A stretch of 63,304 nucleotides of DNA, counting the filler, from Sphacelaria rigidula (taxonomy: Eukaryota), in the NCBI GenBank assembly GCA_964200075.2. It is 10 parts of 10 records of this genome, joined end to end, with 100 filler letters (N's around TTAATTAATTAA, not from the genome) between each part and the next. Parts side by side here need not be neighbours in the genome. Positions count along the whole stretch, not along the records: positions 57,065 to 63,304 come from CAXNAA020021297.1; 9 more parts are not named here. One strand, written 5' to 3'. Below the pieces are notes generated by a model. It saw nothing but the letters and a program-made list of their open reading frames with translations, did no database searches and had not been told where the DNA came from. This document shows, in pieces, positions 59,090 to 63,304 of this stretch (its first letter is position 1; each line of letters opens with the position of its first letter). Both the position numbers and the translations under genes were made by a program.

Positions 59090-60600
59090 AAATACAAGAA
59101 AAACAGCAAGAGCTCTAAGAAGAGATGTCCAAAAATGCAGTGAAATTCTCCAAGGTTTTGGAAGCGTAAGTACAGTCAAAACCGAAATGGAAAGGTATCG
59201 GGCAGGAGCGAAAACTATACTAGAAGGATGGGAGCAATTGGTCAAGACCACAGCAAGTAAAGTGATCGTATGCAACAGAGCAGTGAAATGGTGGGATGGG
59301 GAAGTAGAAGAGGCTATAAGAGTAAGGAGAGAGAGACACGCGAGACAAAAATTGAGTAAAACTACGGTAGGGTGGGAGGAGTGTGCCAAAGCTCGAAATG
59401 AGGTAACAAAATAGTGGAAAAGAAAAAGTAGGGAAAATGGGGAAGATTTAATGAAAAAACGAGTGGAGTTCTCGATGGCGGGATGAAACAAATGTCGGTA
59501 CTCGTAGGGATAAAAGAGATATTGGACAAACAAGCAGGCAGGATAAACAAGGGAAATATCCACACTAAGAGCACACAACGGTAAAATGGTTGGTACTTCG
59601 AAGGGGAACAGAGAGGTACCAGTATAGCACTGCGTAAGCTAGGAACACCAAAAGCTATCAAGAAGTTCGATACGGAATTCGAAAACGAAATCAACGGGTT
59701 GGCCGAGGCAAATGTAGAAGTGTCAAAACAGAAGGATAGTGACTCCAAAGAATTGGAGACAAAGTCTACCAGAGATGAAGCAAGGGAGTGGCTCACTCAA
59801 CAACAGAAATGCTGCACGGGCAGAAGACGTGGTGAACGAATTTCTCAAGTACGGGGGAGAGGGAACGATTACCGTAATGATTGTACTCTACAATCGGATC
59901 TGGGAAAACAAGTACACACCCAAGAGATGGAGAGAAGGAGCAGCAGTCAACCTTTTGATGAAAGGAGACAAGGCTCACCCAGGGAACTACAGAGGGATAA
60001 CGCTACTGAGCACCCTAGGGAAAACCTTCTGTAAGATTCTGAATGATGAAGTGGGAACGGTGCTAGAAGAGGAAGAACACGTCATCGAGGGGCAAGCAGG
60101 TTTCAGATCAAACCTTAGTTGCGTAGACCATGTATACACAATAGGTAATATGATTCAAGTTAGGAAAGACGCCGGGGTAACAACGTACTGTTTTTTTCCA
60201 GACGTGCAAAATGCCCATGCCACAGTATGGAGGAATGGAGTCTGGGAAAAGTCGTGGGAAACTGGGATCAGAGGGAAAATGTGGAGAATGGTGGAGAAGA
60301 TGACAGAATGTGTGCTAGAAGTGCCATGATGCTAGACGGGGAAATATCGAGATATTTTCATATTTTACAACGAGTTGCACAAGGATGTACGCTATCACTC
60401 TCTTTATTCGAAGTACTTGTTCATGATCTGGTAGTAGCAATAGAAGCGGCGAAGCCAGGAGTCAATGCGGGGGAAGATATGGTATCGGGATTGATGTTCG
60501 CGGATAATTACGTGGGGATATCAGAAACAACCGAAGGACTGCAGAAGAAAATAGAGGAGGTGCTAGAATGATACACTAGAAAATGGAGAGTGACAGCGAA
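59090..60600 (+). mobile_element. Family A LINE, decayed reverse transcriptase region
   Basis: KGDKAHPGNYRGITLLSTLGK, EGQAGFR...CVDH, YCFFPDV, VAQGCTLS, LMFADN (catalytic FADD mutated, ~60494-60508). Several frameshifts. Confidence 0.9.
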
Positions 60601-61121
60601 CGTGACTATATTTTTTTGTTCCTTCACTTGAAAACTGATTACAGATTTCTTATTCATGCCGATTTATTGGATTTTTTGTTTTCTGAAACTCTGAAATGTA
60701 TGGTGTCCCTCACTAGTATAGCGCTTCGTCCCCAGAACTATATTAGACCTGTAGTCCTGATCCCTAATCGATTCGCTGATGTTTTTTATTTATCGCAAAA
60801 CGGACAATCTCAGCATGTGACTTATCCGGAATATGCAAAAAAAAAAAAAGTGTTTCACCCACTTGTTTTTCCTTGCCGCCCCACAGTGTAAAACGTACAG
60901 CTAGGAGGGCAAAACGGTGTATAGATATCCATTGCACCCCGAAACACCAGTGTGTTTTGATCTTGGCTGGACATAGATAGCACTCCTTTCAATACCCACG
61001 AAGCGCAGGTCATATTTTAGATCTACATACATGCATAATGACTTATTCTGTCGTGTACGTATGTGTGGAATATTCATTGTTATTTTCTGGGGGGGGGGTT
61101 CTCTCTTTTTGTTTTTCGCAG

Positions 61122-61334
61122 AATGGCGACTTCAGGAGGTAAAGGAACGGCCGAGAAAATGTTCAAGGCGCTGCTGCAGCTAAGACAGGCGTGTTGCCAC
61201 CCGTGTATCGGAAGCGGTGGTATTGGTGGGGGCGTAGGGTCAAGGTTAGGCGTGAGTGGGGGGGTTGGAGGAGGGGTGGGGGGCGGGAGCGGGGGACAGG
61301 GAAGATGGCTGACGATGGATCAGATCTTGGACAG
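61122..61334 (+). CDS. SNF2-family (RAD5/SHPRH-like) helicase-E3 ligase exon
   Basis: TTTTCGCAG| and AG|GTACG, phase 2-2. LLQLRQACCHP...LTMDQIL matches the RAD5/SHPRH-type motif at the end of the SNF2_N domain. Confidence 0.75.
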
Positions 61335-62034
61335 GTACGTCAGGACGCGGAAAGGCTTTCGTTTTGTATGCGTGTGTCGTGTGTCGTGTGTCGTGTGTTG
61401 TGTGTGTATGTGTTCACGTGTGTTTTCACGCTTTCTATAGGAACTGGAGCTAAGGCAGGACGACTAAAGGAGTCTGTAGGGGGGGCTGTGGTGAGAATGA
61501 CACAAGCTGATGATAAAAACCAGGGGCTCCTTCATGAGGCGGGAGAAGCCCACTGAAGGATCGGCCTGACCGTATTGGTCATGGCCCGCAGTCGTATGTA
61601 ACGTAGTGTAACATCCATCCGCCGAATGATATCCTCTCAAATAGTACTCCAGGGTGTTCATCCCTCAGCTGTTTTCAGCGCTGTACTGGTTCCTACTGTA
61701 GTGTCCGGGTACTTTATGTACCACCCCCTGGACAACACACGCGAGTGATGAGTTTCCGGGCCCGAAAACTTACCCACTGGTGTTAGCCGCTGTTCTGTGT
61801 TGAGTATGAAAGTCGAAACTTACAACAAGCCGCAGAGTCCGGGGTATACATGTAAACACAAGACCAGATCTTTAAATCGGAAATGCAGTCACGCGAGTCA
61901 AAATGAGGTTCGAAGCTCGAGAGCAGATTTTTTTTTCAATGGTTTCCGTTGTCCGGAAACGCGAGGAAAAAAGTTCGGAAAATGGTTCGGTGGCAGTTGA
62001 CGGGCTGTAGGAGTGCTGGTTCACCTCTCGACAA

Positions 62035-62240
62035 TGAAAGTACAGCGCAGTTTGTTTGTTTTTTGTTCTCCACTGTTGGTTAGTCTGTTCTACCCTTTTC
62101 TTTCTTTCATTTTTTCTCCTTTTCCTCAGCGAGTGCTTCGGTTTTGTCTTTGTCTCGGGTACGTCTATCATGTGGACAATGACCACGTCTGGATCCATGG
62201 AGGGTCACTTAAAGTGCAACAATTAATCATTCAATTAATC
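62035..62240 (+). mobile_element. RTE-like LINE 3' UTR (third copy)
   Basis: CAGCGAGTG...GGGTACGTCTATCATG...GGTCACTTAAAGTGCAACAATTAATCATTCAAT is the reverse complement of 26700-26800 and 41480-41580. Confidence 0.65.
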
Positions 62241-63131
62241 GAGTTATGCACTGGGGGAGTGATGCGTCGGTCGCTTGAGACAAGAGACTCGTCTCGAGGA
62301 AGATTCCATTCGGTTTTGATTGATTGTCGCTCATAGGCTTATCCCCTTGAAATCCAAGCGCGGTCACAAGAAACACCCGACCTAGGCGAATAAAGTTGGA
62401 GATACTTGCTGAAGGAAACTGTCTCGGAAAAAAGGGAAGGCGGGGATGAAATGAGGGAACAAAACAAGGGAGGGGGGGTTAAAGTGCGACAACAACCAAG
62501 GTATATCGGTAAACGCAGACGTATCATGTTGCCCCTACAAGAAGGCAGAAAAACGTGGTAGTTGTGTTCGTGTTCAAAGCAAGTGTAAAGGCTGTTGACG
62601 TGAACCGGGTACTACTACACTGTAAGGGTACACACAAGGGCTAAGCGGAGACCATGGTAATCAATATACTGATATCAGACATGAAGCGCTTGCACCTTTT
62701 CACCTGCCCAAGAGTTTCCGAACATCCAGGTCGTGCTAGCCCTCGAGTTTGGGCGAGGACACGTCGAGAGTGAAAGAGAGCGGTGCGGGCAGGGGGTGAA
62801 ATGATCGATACTGAGTGATAGGCATATCGGGTAGGCGTAAATGAGGATACCATTTGGGCGCGAGTGCTGACGGGATTTCTCCAAAACTGTGAGCTTTAGC
62901 CAAAAACCTTGCAGAAGCCTATGACTGAGAGATCGGGTGACATGGCCCGTCCTCTATGTACCGCTGCTTCGCGTGTGGCTGCCGACCCAATGTCAGCACG
63001 ATGACTGCTCCCGTAATACCTGTTCCCCATTACGGCAATTGTCGATGCGTACGTGTTCGTCGTATGTCGCTCCAAAATTTTACGTAGGCGTCGTCTATCC
63101 GCTAAACAAAAGCGTTTTATCCCTAATACAT

Positions 63132-63304
63132 CCATGAGGCGGTGTTTAAGCCGTGGCTGTCTCTGGAAGTGGCGATACCAGACAATAAAGCAAGTCATTG
63201 TAGGCTGTCATCCAAAAGCAAGATGACCAATAGGCTTCGGGCCGAACAATCTCAGCCAGATGCGGCTCATCCTCCATGCGACTCGCCGAACACACCACGG
63301 CGCT
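63132..63304 (+). mobile_element. Family B fragment at window end
   Basis: CCATGAGGCGGTG...GCCGTGGCTGTCTCTGGAAGTGGCGATACC core. Confidence 0.85.

Overview
Eukaryotic genomic DNA, most likely from a brown alga (Phaeophyceae), judged from an EsV-1-7 repeat gene, short exons in long repeat-filled introns and GT-AG splicing. The window is not one locus: it is ten contigs of 6241/6240 bp joined by identical 100-bp linkers (N44-TTAATTAATTAA-N44), so adjacency across gaps carries no information. Host gene pieces: the 3' half of a GLUT-type sugar porter, a damaged EsV-1-7 Cys/His repeat gene, WD40 exons, an RGS-domain gene, a proline-rich C-terminus, Cys-rich extracellular-type exons and an SNF2/SHPRH-like exon. 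Mobile DNA: a decayed Ty3/Gypsy element, RTE-like LINE remnants, a hAT MITE and other fold-back elements. The most striking pattern is a pair of very abundant retroelements, a LINE (family A) and an apparently non-autonomous partner (family B). They share a ~50-nt 3' tail ending in ATGAGTAC, lack poly(A), make ~10-18-bp target-site duplications and insert at C-runs, often near intron 3' splice sites.
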